DNA of 64,000 nt from Macrostomum lignano (lineage: Eukaryota), in NCBI GenBank assembly GCA_002269645.1, contig NIVC01000463.1:62001-126000 (forward strand), in the 5' to 3' direction. Made by a program: the position numbers and the translations under genes. Of the stretch, positions 12,201 to 40,009 are shown in pieces. The notes under the pieces are model-generated. The model saw only the letters and a list, made by a program, of their open reading frames with translations, was not told the DNA's origin and made no database searches. Numbering within the stretch: position 1 is the first letter of the stretch; every line of letters starts with the position of its first letter.

Positions 12201-14762
12201 GCTGGTCTGCTTAAGAAAAAGCCTGCATGAGTCATAGCCTAAAATTTTGTAAAAATGTTATATAATACTTATATTAGAAACATCTATATTAAGTTAAGAA
12301 GTCTTAGCATTACACAAAGAATATATATTTGCAAGTCAATGTTAACAATATGAGTAAGGTTCTTTACCTATGTTAAATTTTTTTTAAAGTTAAAACTTAT
12401 TTGAAAATATTTGCATGTTAAAATACATAAGAAAAAATTTGAAACTAGGAAAAAAGAGCAATAATTGAAAGATTCATGAAACATGCCCCAGTCTACATAT
12501 CTTGGTTGTTTATGTTTGCTTTAATATGTGCCACTTTTTGCATTGCTCAGAAGGAAGCTATACTTTGAACCAGTGCATGCAAATGCACCAATTGACTTCT
12601 TTGTCTACATAGAACACTATTTACAATCTACATAAATTCTAAGTAATAGACAAAGTAATTAGCTTTTAAGATAATAGATAATAGAGTTTTGTTTTAGCTA
12701 TGGATATGGCTATAAGAGGTTATAAATATGGTTACAAAACATATATTTCCCATATTTAGTTCTTGCATCTTAGGAAACTTAACTTAGAAGACCATTGGAG
12801 CCATTGGTTTGATGGGTAGGGATAGAGCATTAGAATTTTTTTAGAAATGAATGAATATTCCCAGTTTCAAAGCTTATATGTGGTGAGCTTTGAAGTCACT
12901 AGGGTTGAGGACTTAAGCAACAAAGATTTTCAATACAATATACCCATTGTATAGTAAGGATAGTAAGGTCTAATTTTAAGAGAATTTTTTTTCACTTTTA
13001 ATGTGAAAGGAGCTTTTAGCTTGGGGTTGGGAACTCTAGCAACAGAGATATTTGATAATTCATGCACATTTTGGTTGTGATTATAGGGGTTAAAGTTAAG
13101 ATGAATGTTTTTACTTATAATGCAAAGGAGTTATTAAGTCCCTAGGGTTGGGGACTCAAGCAACATAGATTTTTGATGCTATATGCAAGTCTAGAGTGGT
13201 AGGGGCTAAAGTTAAGATGAATGGAGCCAATGAGGAAGCCATTTAGCATTTGCTTCCAACAAAGAAAGCAATATTTCAAACAAATAGAGGTTTTTGTTGC
13301 CTAATAATCTTGGCAACCAACTTATAACTAAGCCATTGTTGTCCCTATTGCAGCCAATGGCCATTTTCGTGGACGGCGTCCGGCGCGGATTGGACTGGTG
13401 GCGGCGCGGCGCGCGGCGGCGGCGCGGCGCGCGGCGGCGCGCGGTGGCGTGGTGTGTGGCGGCGGCGCGCAGCGCGCGGCGAGCCATTGACTGACTAATT
13501 GAACCAAATCACTGATCCTGGGGACTGGCCCTGGCGCAGTACGGGTAGATGTCTGGCGCGGGAAAGGGGGGCGTCCGGCGCGGTTCAGACCTTGGCTGCA
13601 ATAGGGATTGTTGTCACAGAAGATCTTGCTAAGCATTAGATATTTTGCTACTTTTGTTACTTATAAACCATACATGCGCAACCCCCAAATTTCGGTCGGC
13701 CATGCAACTTAGTTTTAACAAAAATGCGACATACTTTTTGGCCAAAAATGCGACTTACATGTAAAAAAACCCAAAAGCAAAATCAACGCAACTTTGGGTA
13801 AACGGCAGGAGTAACTATAACTGTCTTATTAAGCCAAAATGTCTCATCAGCTACTTAGTACTACTACTTGGGTGTTTTTTGGGTGGGCATTTTTGCGACT
13901 TCCTTGGTTGGCCGCCAAATTGGTCAGTCAGATCAGCCGACTTGGCAGACTGTTGCGCATGTATGTTATAAACATTGCAAGGAGAGATATGAGAAAGGAA
14001 AAAGGAAAGAAAAAGGGGAGAAGAGGCAAAAGGAGATAAGTGAGAAAAGGGAGGAAAGCAGAGAGGAGGAGAGATGAAAAAGGAGAAAGAAGAGAGACAG
14101 GAGAAAGGGAGGGGGAAGAAGAGAAAAGAGGGGAAGGAAGAAATAAAAAAGGGAGAGACTCAAGAGAGGAGATGAGAAAATAGTCAAAATACAATCAAGC
14201 TGATAGGCATTAGGTGCCACTAAAAAATTCTGCACTATATGCAAAACACTATTCATAGCTGCATTCTAGCAAATGTAATAGCCAGCAGCAAAATTTCTAA
14301 TGCCCCCAGCTCTATGACATCTAGGAGTCTAGTTAAGCTTAAGGTTAAGTGTCAAAAAAGCTATAGATAGAAATATTGATAGTCTAGACTAATGATTATT
14401 TGTCAATGACAAATTTATTAGGACTGACAAAAGTATCTAGGTATTCCCATTTGCCATATTTATTCTGCTAAATGTGATACCAGAGCTCTTTTAACAACAA
14501 CTACATTGAATAAGCACAAAAAATAGTTAAGAAAATTAATTTAGCTTTCAATTTCAACATTACCCTTTCTCTTTGCACGAAGGCTCTCCATTTGTTCGTT
14601 AATTGGAGACATTTTCTGCTGCAGAACATTAGCTGTTTCAATCACATTGTGAAGCTTCCCTTCTGTTTCCTTAGTAAGAGCATCAAACCTAGATGATATA
14701 TCACTTAACTGCTGCAGTCTATCCGACAACATTTGAAGAGAATCCTGTCTGAATTGATCCAT
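295..14762 (-). CDS. EXOC7: Exocyst complex component 7 (Exo70), ~15 coding exons
   Basis: GT-AG, phase-consistent exons: 14564-14762 (MDQFRQDS..LQQKMSPINEQMESLR), 12151-12238, 11965-12067, 11746-11881, 10687-10828, 10043-10145, 9927-9962 (RDTPSK), a phase 0-2 linker exon (9720-9775 or 9384-9409), 8775-8892, 8564-8671, 6626-7299 (LPPDGTVHELT..YSDPALRAIFLLNNYRY), 6123-6221, 2102-2183 (GWARVLE), 640-681 (LSEKDKALIKEKFK), 295-528 (FNEEF..VPDPELR..PFTSKKDKYIKF..*). Motifs are colinear with Exo70 as I remember it (PKDGTVHELT, YEDPALSAIFLHNN, PFTKNPEKYIKY). Confidence 0.93.
881..1862. repeat. 24-bp minisatellite (GCCCAGCCCTCACTGTCTAACCTA variants) in an Exo70 intron
   Basis: ~40 tandem copies; translates as SLSNPAQP repeats. 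Confidence 0.97.
2569..3510. repeat. 32-33-bp minisatellite (GGCGGGTTCACTAAAGTACACGGGAAAAGGGT)
   Basis: Tandem copies, homogeneous in the centre and degenerate at both ends. Confidence 0.96.
3747..3924 (-). CDS. EXOC7: Candidate alternative Exo70 exon (G)LQKCAAALELGGEVASVAAAAAAS..SKHASVVVK, mutually exclusive with 2102-2183
   Basis: GC-rich, stop-free 178-nt segment bounded by tggcag| and AAG|gtttgc; phase 2 in and phase 0 out, same as exon 2102-2183. Confidence 0.5.
3955..4876. repeat. 22-bp minisatellite (TAGACTGGGTGGGGTGGATGCT)
   Basis: Tandem copies with GGGGTG/GGGTTA/GGGGTA variants. Confidence 0.97.
4877..5968. repeat. 24-bp minisatellite (GAGTGACTGGGTTGAGTGGATACT), abutting and related to the 22-mer array
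   Basis: ~45 nearly identical copies; translates as WILSDWVE. Confidence 0.97.
7404..8100. repeat. 34-bp dimeric minisatellite (GACTGTCAGTGACAATT + GACTGCCAGTGACGTTT) ending in 16-bp monomers
   Basis: Alternating related 17-mers; GATACCAGTGACAATT monomers at ~8015-8090. Confidence 0.95.
8106..8500. repeat. ~32-bp minisatellite (GAAGAATCAGAGGACGGGGCTGCGCAGGCCCT)
   Basis: ~12 tandem copies. Confidence 0.95.
8901..9382. repeat. 39-bp minisatellite (GGTAGAGTGGCTTAGAATAGGGTGCTGAGATTATCGAGG) filling almost an entire Exo70 intron
   Basis: Regular copies 8904-9265, degenerate copies to 9382. Confidence 0.95.
9384..9409 (-). CDS. EXOC7: Candidate 26-nt Exo70 linker microexon (IALIYAVR-)
   Basis: gttag| and |gtaagc; phase 0 to 2 joins 9927-9962 to 8775-8892 in frame. 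Confidence 0.45.
9720..9775 (-). CDS. EXOC7: Candidate 56-nt Exo70 linker exon (EFVKSIQPRSNSIIFLER-)
   Basis: cacag| and |gtaaac; phase 0 to 2, also joins the flanking exons in frame. Confidence 0.45.
10194..10663. repeat. 34-bp minisatellite (CATGATTAGCTTCCATCTTGAGCACTAGTCTCAT)
   Basis: ~13 essentially identical copies occupying ~470 nt of a 541-nt intron. Confidence 0.97.
10916..11640. repeat. 35-bp minisatellite (CTGAATCTGGTCACTCTAGAGTGCGCTATTCCAAT) with an internal palindrome CACTCTAGAGTG
   Basis: ~20 tandem copies. Confidence 0.97.
13343..13606. mobile_element. 264-bp GC-rich MITE, 15-bp perfect TIR CCCTATTGCAGCCAA, 8-bp TSD ATTGTTGT
   Basis: TSD at 13335-13342 and 13607-13614; TIRs read directly; CpG-rich (GGC/GC)n core. 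Confidence 0.8.
13669..13965. mobile_element. 297-bp hAT-type MITE, 14-bp perfect TIR CATACATGCGCAAC, 8-bp TSD TTATAAAC
   Basis: TSD at 13661-13668 and 13966-13973; CA..TG ends with an 8-bp TSD fit hAT. Confidence 0.85.
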
Positions 14763-15259
14763 GACAGTCAAAATAGCTTTCTATAAGTCTTAGACTTTGA
14801 AAAACCAATTCTCATACACCAAAGGTCCGATCACATGAACTACAAGTGCAAATCCAAAATTATCAATTAACAAAACAATAAATTCGCAATCAGTTACTTT
14901 GGCTATCAAGATTTCTAATAAATTAGTGCATTTTAAAAAGTCATGTTTTCCAAGAAATAGTGAACCAATATTTACCGAGACTCAGTTCAACTTGTAATCT
15001 GCAAAAAAGCTAAAACAAAATATCTTAGGAAGTTAGGACACCAGGTGCAGTAACTAAGTTCGAGAAGTCTATAGTTTTTTTAATGATAGCACTGTACGGC
15101 TTCATGAGAGCTTAAATAGTGCATTTTTTTATCAAACCAGTGCCTTGTATAGTAATTTGGCACGAAAATTACGTGAATACCTTGAAGGCAAAAAGCTGAA
15201 AACAGAAGAAAACACAGTGATAAAAACTTAAATAAATAGGTAGGTCTTAAAAAAGCTTA

Positions 15260-18200
15260 TATGGGTCGTTCTCAAAGCTAGGTCACAACTTTTTGTTATT
15301 GCAAAAAAAGTTTATACATCGACCAATAATCGTACAAAAAAAATTATTTCGACAATTTCTGTAAGAAGCTGCTACTAAAACCACAAGAAAACTTGAAATT
15401 GAGAAGAAATCAAGGCTATTTGTTATTCTTTGTTGCGGAAAATAAACGACAAAAATATTAAAGAGAAAATAAAATTTTCTTCTATTTTTATTTTAAATAT
15501 GCAGTTAAATTTCTTTTGCAAAAATAAAAGAACAAGAAATTGACAAAGGAAATGTTTTTGAGCACAGCATTTTGTTACTCTGCTCTAAATCCCAGACATT
15601 TAAAATTATCGTGTGCGAAAAAGTGCGAAATTATTATAGCATGCACTCGAAAGGACTTCGATCAGTTTAACTAATCACTGAATTAAGAAGTCTAAATAAG
15701 TCTTGAAAAGTTGAATTAAAAATCAAGTTTTCACTATGTATCTTTTCAAAGTCAAGATGATTCGACAAATAAAGAATGTTCATTTTTACGGTGAATAGAA
15801 TTGTTCATTTTTACATTAAATATAATAAAATCTAACTAATAATAGAAAAAGTCAGGGAACTATCCTTGAACACCAAAAAGCACATTGTGGATTTAATATC
15901 AACTGCATGTTCCTTAATAAAGGAATTCGGATTCTAGTATATATTTGATTATTTGTAGCATAATTTCTGAAAACTATAACTTGCTTGATTTTACTTTAAG
16001 TACTTATTACATTAATACTTATACCAAAGCTGCATGTACTTAAAATAAAAAATTATAGTTACTTATTAGACATTTTACTCCAATTAACTTAAAATAATTC
16101 AAATTTATTTTAATCAATTCATTTTTTGAAACTTTTTGGAAAATAGACAAAATTGAATTATTTAATTACCAAAAACCTACTAGCTTAACTAAAATAGCAG
16201 TTAGTCTTTAAAAAAAGATTTCACTTGTTAATTGAGAAAAATGAGGGTGTGCGAGGTGTAAAAATGCGAAAGAGCATGCAGGAAACAGAGACAAACAAAA
16301 ATGTAGGTAAAAGACACTGCACATGCACATAATATGATAACCAGACATAATGCGCACACTGAAACACCAGTAGCAATGACGCCCAAGCTTTTGATGATCA
16401 CAAGCGAAAAGGCAAAACCCAGCCATCAATCAAAGAAGTAGACTATAGCACGCATCTTGAGTGCATCACGCATTTTTTGCAGAGAAGCTCGAAAATTAAC
16501 ATTGTATTCTGTGCACAACCACCAACTGCGACAGGGTCTGCCGGGGGATTTGTGGGCACGCGGTCGCGGATACAAATCGGAGGAGTCGCTGACCATTCTG
16601 AAATTACTAGCTAGTACATGTAATTTTGTGTATTAATATATTTAGCCCGCTTTATTTCTATGCTCTCGTCCGCCTCTCGTTAATGCATCCCCAGACTCAT
16701 GGAATAATCAAACTTATGATCGAACTATGCATGGCTTCCGTCCCTCGCTTTGAATCTCTCACCTCCCCATAGTTCCATCAACCTTACCGTAGTGGCTTCC
16801 TATGCAAAAATCATCCCTCCGCATCTTACACAGGCTACTTCAGGCTGTAGACTGTACTACACTATTAATTAGTTGCGCTAAGGAATCTACATGTATTTTG
16901 CTCGCAGCGCAACGCGCTGCTCAAAGAAGTTTAGATCTATCTAGATATTCTAGTAATTTCAGGTTTGTCCATAGACTAGAGCTCATGAGATGAGAATTCC
17001 ATTAACTAGTACATTTAATATGAATGAACTGCGTGTGTGTGTGCTGTGCATACATATGTATAATATACGAGTATACGAATGTGCGCACTGGTCTAAGCAG
17101 CACACGCATGTCCTTCTGACAATGACGGCACCTAGCTTCGTCCAAGCCTTTGCCAGCGTCACTGACAGCGTCAATACTACCATGCAGTGCCACCTGCAGC
17201 ACCGACAACGGCAATTCCTCCAGTTAGCCCACAACAGTGGCTAAACTGAGGGACATGGAACCTACCCGCAGAAGACACACACATACACACACAGCACCGG
17301 CAGCAGCACTCTGACAGCATAACCTAAAGCTCCATGAGCTCAGTTTTCAAGCATTGAAGAAGCAGAAGCAGTCATCTTGAATCCAGGGATCAGGAAGAGT
17401 GTTGCATGTCCGACATGTGCTGTTTCCGTGGCAAAAGGTGATGGAGCAAATTAATCAACACTTACTATCTAGCTCGTATTAAGACTAAAAAACTGAGGCA
17501 AGCTGGGATTAAACCAAAGAAAATTTTTTACTATACTTTTTTACCATGTACTTTTACTATACTTCTATAGTATAGTAGAGAGGTACTCTATTTAAATGCA
17601 GTAAGAAGTGAAACAAATTTATATATTTAATTATTAAAATTAAATTAATTCAAGGTAAATAACTAATTTAACCAATTTATTAGAAGTATTTAATATTTTA
17701 ATAAATTGATTTTTATACCTTACACGAAATAAGCTCTACATTTATTTCTTAGCTTGGGGCCCATCTGTATAAGGTCAGTTTCTTCAAAATGCTGATTAAT
17801 TAATTAAGGCCTGTTGTCTTTACTTAAATTTATAAGGGCATCTTAGAAGTTAATATTACTATATAATACATGTATAATATTATTACTATATTATAATAAT
17901 ATAGTTGCAATTTTAATGACTATTGAATAAGTCTAAATGCTTCCCCTATTGACTCTAAATATATGGTATCTTTACCTTCAGAAAAAATTAGCATAGAATG
18001 ACTTGATGAAAACAAAAAAAAATCATTTCGAGATACACATTTGCTGATCATTCAGGTCAAATTTCAAGGTCCAGTTTTGCACATGTTTCTCTGTAGCTTG
18101 GTTACAAGGATTTTAATAAAAATATAATAAATATGTCCAATGTACTAACTGATACATAGCCAAATTGAAGTATTTTCAAAAACAAAAAAAATCATTTGCT

Positions 18201-18893
18201 CAGTTTACTTTACTGGATATCTGTGTAAAATTTCAGCTCAAAAGGTGCTCCATGGAGAATGCTAGTGTGGTTACAGGATATTTATTTTGTGCTTCAAAGT
18301 AGGAGTTTATTGCGATGCATGGTTGCTTTTAATTATTTTTATCAACAATAGTGCTCTATTTCATAACAATTTTTTACAAAAAGATAAAAAGACATGTTTT
18401 TCTAATTATCTGCATCAAAATGTATCATTTTAAGCGCACATTCTAGACGTCAGCTGAAAAAATACATTTTGTGAGACGCAAAGAGGCTATCCCACCGGAA
18501 ATGCTAGGCGTACAGTTAAGCGTCTATAAAATCATTTATAGTGCAGTTTATTGAGCTTTAAAAAAATCTTAAATTAAATTTATATAAGCTTTAATTTTAA
18601 ATGTAATATAGCAAGGTTTCAACACAACAACAACTTTTTTTTAGCTACAGACATCTTGTAGTACCAAAAATTAACATCGGTGAAATGATTGAATTTGAAT
18701 TTTTTCATCGCTAATTATCGCTTAATACCGCCAGATGATTAAAAAACACTTTTGCATGATAAAGTTTAACCCAAAAATTATCTTTATTCACAGATAAAAG
18801 TGTCCTATTATTTTCAATATGGCAGTAACAATAGTAAATGTTCGGAAAATTGTTAAAATTTTTGCTCCTCCTAGAATTTGCGAACGACCCATA
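15260..18893. mobile_element. Candidate ~3.6-kb non-autonomous TIR DNA transposon between Exo70 and CaMKII
   Basis: TATGGGTCGTTCTCAAA at 15260 vs TTTGCGAACGACCCATA ending at 18893 (16/17 inverted match); TTA on both outer sides; no transposase ORF seen. Confidence 0.45.
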
Positions 18894-19265
18894 TTACAAC
18901 TTTCTTCAGTCCTAACTTAAATTTGTAAAATTTATTGTTTGCTTTTCTGACTTGAACTGTTAGTTAAAACAAAATTAGGTAGTTTAATTATTGTCCTATG
19001 CATAAATAATTGCAAGCATAGATAGTTATCAGTACGCTAGTTTTTTAATTTTAGTATTTCTAAAATTTTATTAGGAATCTCTGCTGCAAATTTTAACGTT
19101 GTGAATTCAAGTTTGTAATTTCAGCCTTTTTTGCTATCTTAAACCAACCCTAGCTCTCTCAATATTAACTATAAAGCTCTTCGAATTCTCTTTTATATTA
19201 ACTATAAAGCTCTTCGAATTCTCTTTTAAGCTTTATTCAGTACCCTATTAACTGCGTTAATCATC

Positions 19266-35375
<16,110 letters not shown>

Positions 35376-36003
35376 GTGAGCGAAGGATCAATGATGCAGT
35401 TTGACAGTGTCAGTGAGGAGGCGGCAACGACACAACTTTATGTGTATGTTTTGTAAACCCGAACGGCTGGTGTCGCATCGATAAATCAATTTTTTGCTTA
35501 CTCATATTACAGATGTGTGTGGGACACAAATGTGTGTTATTAGAATTGCAACTTTATTGTTTATTATAATTGTTGTAACGCATATTTTTTAACAAAAAAC
35601 AATGATGCTTAACAATTTTTTTCGGATTTCGAACACTATAAGAACAATATACTATTATTAGTATGTATACTATTATTTTTAATAATAATTACTACACTAT
35701 TATTACCATACTATTTTTGAGATACTAATCTCAAAAATTATATAATTCATTAGTTAACAATAGCTATATTTATTATCAGAACTACCTTCTAGACATACGA
35801 GCTATTTACTCATATTTCAGACAAAGTGGTCAGTATTTGATTTTGCCACACAGATTTTAAGATGCTAAGTTTACTGGGATTAATCAATTAAATTGTGTGT
35901 CCGAAACTAGTTATATATTTCCCTTAAAGTCTATGCAAGCTTTCCTTTTGCATGTCTTCATTACGCGGTTACATATAACTGTCAGTAAATTTCCTTATTG
36001 AAC

Positions 36004-36009
36004 AATAAA
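36004..36009 (+). other. Possible CaMKII polyadenylation signal AATAAA
   Basis: AATAAA ~630 nt after the stop, followed by T/GT-rich sequence. Confidence 0.35.
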
Positions 36010-37832
36010 ATTGTATTTTTCACACTGCGACAATTTTTAGCCATCCGATTGACCATCCCTTTATTATAAAAAAATTATAACGTTTTTATTTTGTGCCGGC
36101 TGTTTTAAGTTACAATTATATTCTCTAGATTTAACCTACTCCTGAGTGTTATTACAGATAAAAAGGAATAAATTATAGTCCCCAATTTTTTTGTTAAAAT
36201 TTATGTAATTTTATGTAATTTTAAAACATATCGGCACGCCATTCCCTCATTGCTGTTTAATAGATAATGCTTATTTGTGTCTTGTTTGCATATTTTTATT
36301 TTGTGTCTATAACTTAATATATTTGTTGTGCAGCTGTTCGAATAATATTTCTATAAATTGCTTTTAAATTTTATTAGACAGTTTTGTCGAACACGTGAAC
36401 CGCTGGATACATGTATGCTGAAAATATTTATTAATTGTTAGCTAACTAGTAAAAGTTGGTATTTTTTTAATTGTCATCTAGCTGAAATGTATCGACTGTC
36501 CTTGTCGAGGTTGTATTGTTCAACTACATTACGTTTTTGATAAGCTAACAATTTTCCTAAGGTAAAGACACGGGCGTATTTAATAAAAAATTATGCATGC
36601 GAAGAAATATTATTATTACTCAGGTAATCCGAGTAGTGAGAGTTAATAATTTCCTGTTTTACTGCTTTAATCTAGAAGTTTAAAAAAACAAATGTAATAC
36701 CATCTGATTAGGAACTCTATCGGATAGTCGCTATCCATTCCCAATTCCCATATTTGCTTGCCCCTCTTCGTTGGCCAAACTGTGCGCTTTAGCTATTTCA
36801 TTCTTTCTTGTTCTTTACCCTCATAGTAAAGCCTGAGACTATTTCATTATTAAATTTGCGCTTATAACTTTCAATCAAGACCTGCCCTCATTTGTCAACT
36901 TTTAGCTTGTATATGCTTTTTCTAAAAAATATTTTTGTGATACTAATATAATTGTTTTAAAACGATTTTATGCACTATCCGATTGCGAGTTTGTCTGTAT
37001 TTAGCTGTTTGTAATGTAAACGTTTTCTTTCTATATAGGTGATACCGCGTCTTTTGGTGTTTTCAAGATTGTGGTGTGCATTCACGTATTCATAGTTTAT
37101 TATTTTTATTTGCTTCTTGAGTTTATATTGTGTATTAAGTAAGCTTTTGAGGAACTTCTTGCGAAACATTATCTATTATATTAAAGAACCTATTATGCTA
37201 TAGAATTTTTAAACTTGTGACTAAAATTGTTTGCAGTCTTTTCTCCTTGACTAGAATATTTCCTCGTTATTGAATTTCTCGCTTCAATTTGTGCCCGTTT
37301 GTGTTATCGAAATCGGAGAAACTGTTCGTGTGTTCTATAACAAAAAATAACAACAAAAAATGTTTTGCAGTTGCACTCAACAGTAAAAATGGTAACTGTG
37401 TGCATGTCTAGTTTTATGTATTATTTTGCTTGTACGCTTTTCTATTTTTCCTTATTATTATATATATTATCTTTTTGTCTAAGATTATTTAGGCTTGAGT
37501 CCGACCCATTCTAGCAGATTGAAACAAGATTGTTGAGAACTTTTTGTTTAATAATAGCGGGAAATATATTGTCTTTAGTTTAACGAATATATCAATAATT
37601 TACCAATTGATAAATTGCTGATCCAGCTTCCGCAGTATCCATTAAAAACTCCGAATATAAAGCCAGTTTATTACGATTTCTATACACTTATAAGCATGAT
37701 TCAAATCACTTACGCCGGAATTTAGCTCCCAAAGTCATATAGTATAATGGAAATCATACTGCATGAATATTTTCTGAAAAAAAAAACAAATGAACATCAG
37801 TTATTCTTCTTTTCTTCAGTACTTAAATTACA

Positions 37833-40009
37833 TGTGAGGGAAATTTTTCAAAAGTACCTTTGGCCTCCGTGCACCTACTGGGCAGAGCTGTCGAGACTGG
37901 GCCGGGTCCCTGACCAGGCCAACTGACTCCCGCTCTGTTGCATCCCCCTGCTGTCTCGGTTCTGTCTCCCACTCAGCCACACGTGCCTTTCCGGAGCCCC
38001 CTTTTCTTTCTGCACCTCACCCGTCTCCCCGTTTCCCATGCGCCCCACCCCATCTATCATGTACTTCTCCTACTTCCCATTTTTTGTCATGTTTTAGCTC
38101 GTTTTTCTTGCGCTGTCCCCTTTCATCCTGTGCTTACTTACAGTACCTCTTGTGCTCACTGTCGCTCCATCCCCTTTTAGAATCCCAAACGGTGACGCAA
38201 GACTTCTGACCCCTCCTTCACCCCGATGACTCATCACCCCTCTTGCGCAACCTTTTCTCATGCTATTGTTCTCTTCTTAAGATTTCTCATGCGACACCCA
38301 TCCCACCTCTGCTTCTATTGTTCTTGTTTTTGATTCTTTTGTTCTCGTTTTCGCACCCAATTAGCACCTTTTCTCCAATGTTTACTTTTCTATTGTTCTC
38401 GGTTTTCCCCAATTATCCCTGATTTCCATTTCCTTTGTTCTCGACCCGAGCCCCATTGTGCTCAATGTTTGCTTGCGCAACACTTTCTCGACCCCCGCTG
38501 TGCTCATTATCCCCCACCCCTCCTCCGGATTGTGCAATTTCTCAATTTCTCATGTTGCTATGGCGTTCTCATGTTTCTCATCATGACTGATTCTGACGTC
38601 ATTTCTCCGGCAGCCAATCAGAGAGAGGGAGTCATGGAAACGACCTTGGAGCGGCGGCCGTGAAGTCTATTTAAGGGAGCGGTTTTCGGCGTGAGAACCC
38701 TCAGATCCTGCCACTCTTCTCGAAGTGGTCCTTCTTTAGACTCATGAGCTCACTTTGGCCTGTCAGACGTTGATCTGACCCATTCGTCTATAGGACGAAC
38801 CTCTTTCCGTCGGCGGCCTGATACCGCCAAGTTCCCTTAGCTCCCCAAGTGAGCTCACCTGCCAGCCCGCGGTCTGATACCGCCCAGCATCCTCAGCATT
38901 ACCTGAGCTACATCAGCGCCTCGTCGCTTCAGCGCATCGCCGCTTCACTACCTGCCTGTCCGCAGCCGCCCTCTGTCACTCCGTCGCTCTCTCTCTCTCT
39001 CTCTCTTTCTGCAGCTGCCGGTAAGTTTCTGTAATAATTTGTGCTCTAATTGCTTATTTGCTTATTTGCTTGTTTGCTTATTTCCCATTGCTTGATTAAG
39101 AGAGCTGAGCCAATTGTGATACCGTACTCTTTGCTGTATTTTACTCAATAATGAGGCCGCCTAATTGCCTGTTTCTTTTGCCTAAGGGCCTAATCATTAA
39201 CCATTACTGAACTCCTCATTATTCACACTTTCACCATCATTTCATTCATGGCTTGCTAACCCTTTCTCCCTGGGTGGCAAAGCATAAGGAAGTTTGGGTA
39301 AGCTAATGGCCTCTCCTCGTGCAAAGCGCCGCCTGTGTATGCGTGTTGCGGGTTCGTGTGTGTAAGCAGTAGAGGGAAGTAGCGGGTCTCGGCACAGAAT
39401 GGCAGCAGGAAGGTTGCAACCCCATGCTTACGCGTCCCTTCGCCCTGGGCAATCTAAACTATAGCTAGTACATTTTCGTCTCACACTACTCTTAGTAATT
39501 GAAACCGCAAGTCCGCCTCGATCACAGCCACAGAGGATCCCCTGCTGAGAAATTCTCCAGATTGAGCCCAGAGTTCCCGAACATGCCCCAAGCAGAGTCC
39601 CTGTACTCGGCTGCATGCGTCTCCCCTGTTAGCCTAAATCCCCTGGTAACCAATCCAGGCGGGGCTCTAGCCTCGAGAGGTCTGGTAGTGAGATCCAGGT
39701 GCGCCAGGTCACATAGAGTGGTGGCAGTCACTCGGTCATGCTCTGACCGAGTGACCAACTATTGCACCTTGGCTACAGGTGGGGTCACGAAAGCACTACC
39801 AAAGCTATCAATCATGTGGGCGGGACAGTCTGGTGCTGGAGGTCCGTCAGGTCATTGCCCGGTCATAGGCAGTCTACGGTCATTGCCCCCTATGGTCATA
39901 CGTTCGCCTCCTCGCGGAGCGGATGGGCATCAAGGGTGGTTCATAGCTGCAGGGCTGTCCCGCAGGAGACACAGTCCGCTAACGCCCACTCCGCTAAAGG
40001 GCGGCTACA
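37833..40009 (+). mobile_element. Solo-LTR-like or retroelement-derived block, ~2.2 kb
   Basis: Sharp GC-richer island bounded by TGTGAGGG..GGCTACA (TG..CA); CCAATCA at ~38614, TATTTAAG at ~38668, donor-like G|GTAAGT at ~39021; no clear TSD, no recognisable ORF. Confidence 0.35.

Noticed and set aside
13212-13636. Arg/Ala-rich ORFs
   Set aside because: They arise from the GC-rich MITE core.
16524-16593. Multi-stem GC-rich fold (GCGAC/GTCGC, GATTTGT/ACAAATC) as a ribozyme or ncRNA
   Set aside because: No hammerhead (CUGAUGA..GAAA) or HDV catalytic core recognised, and the stems are short.
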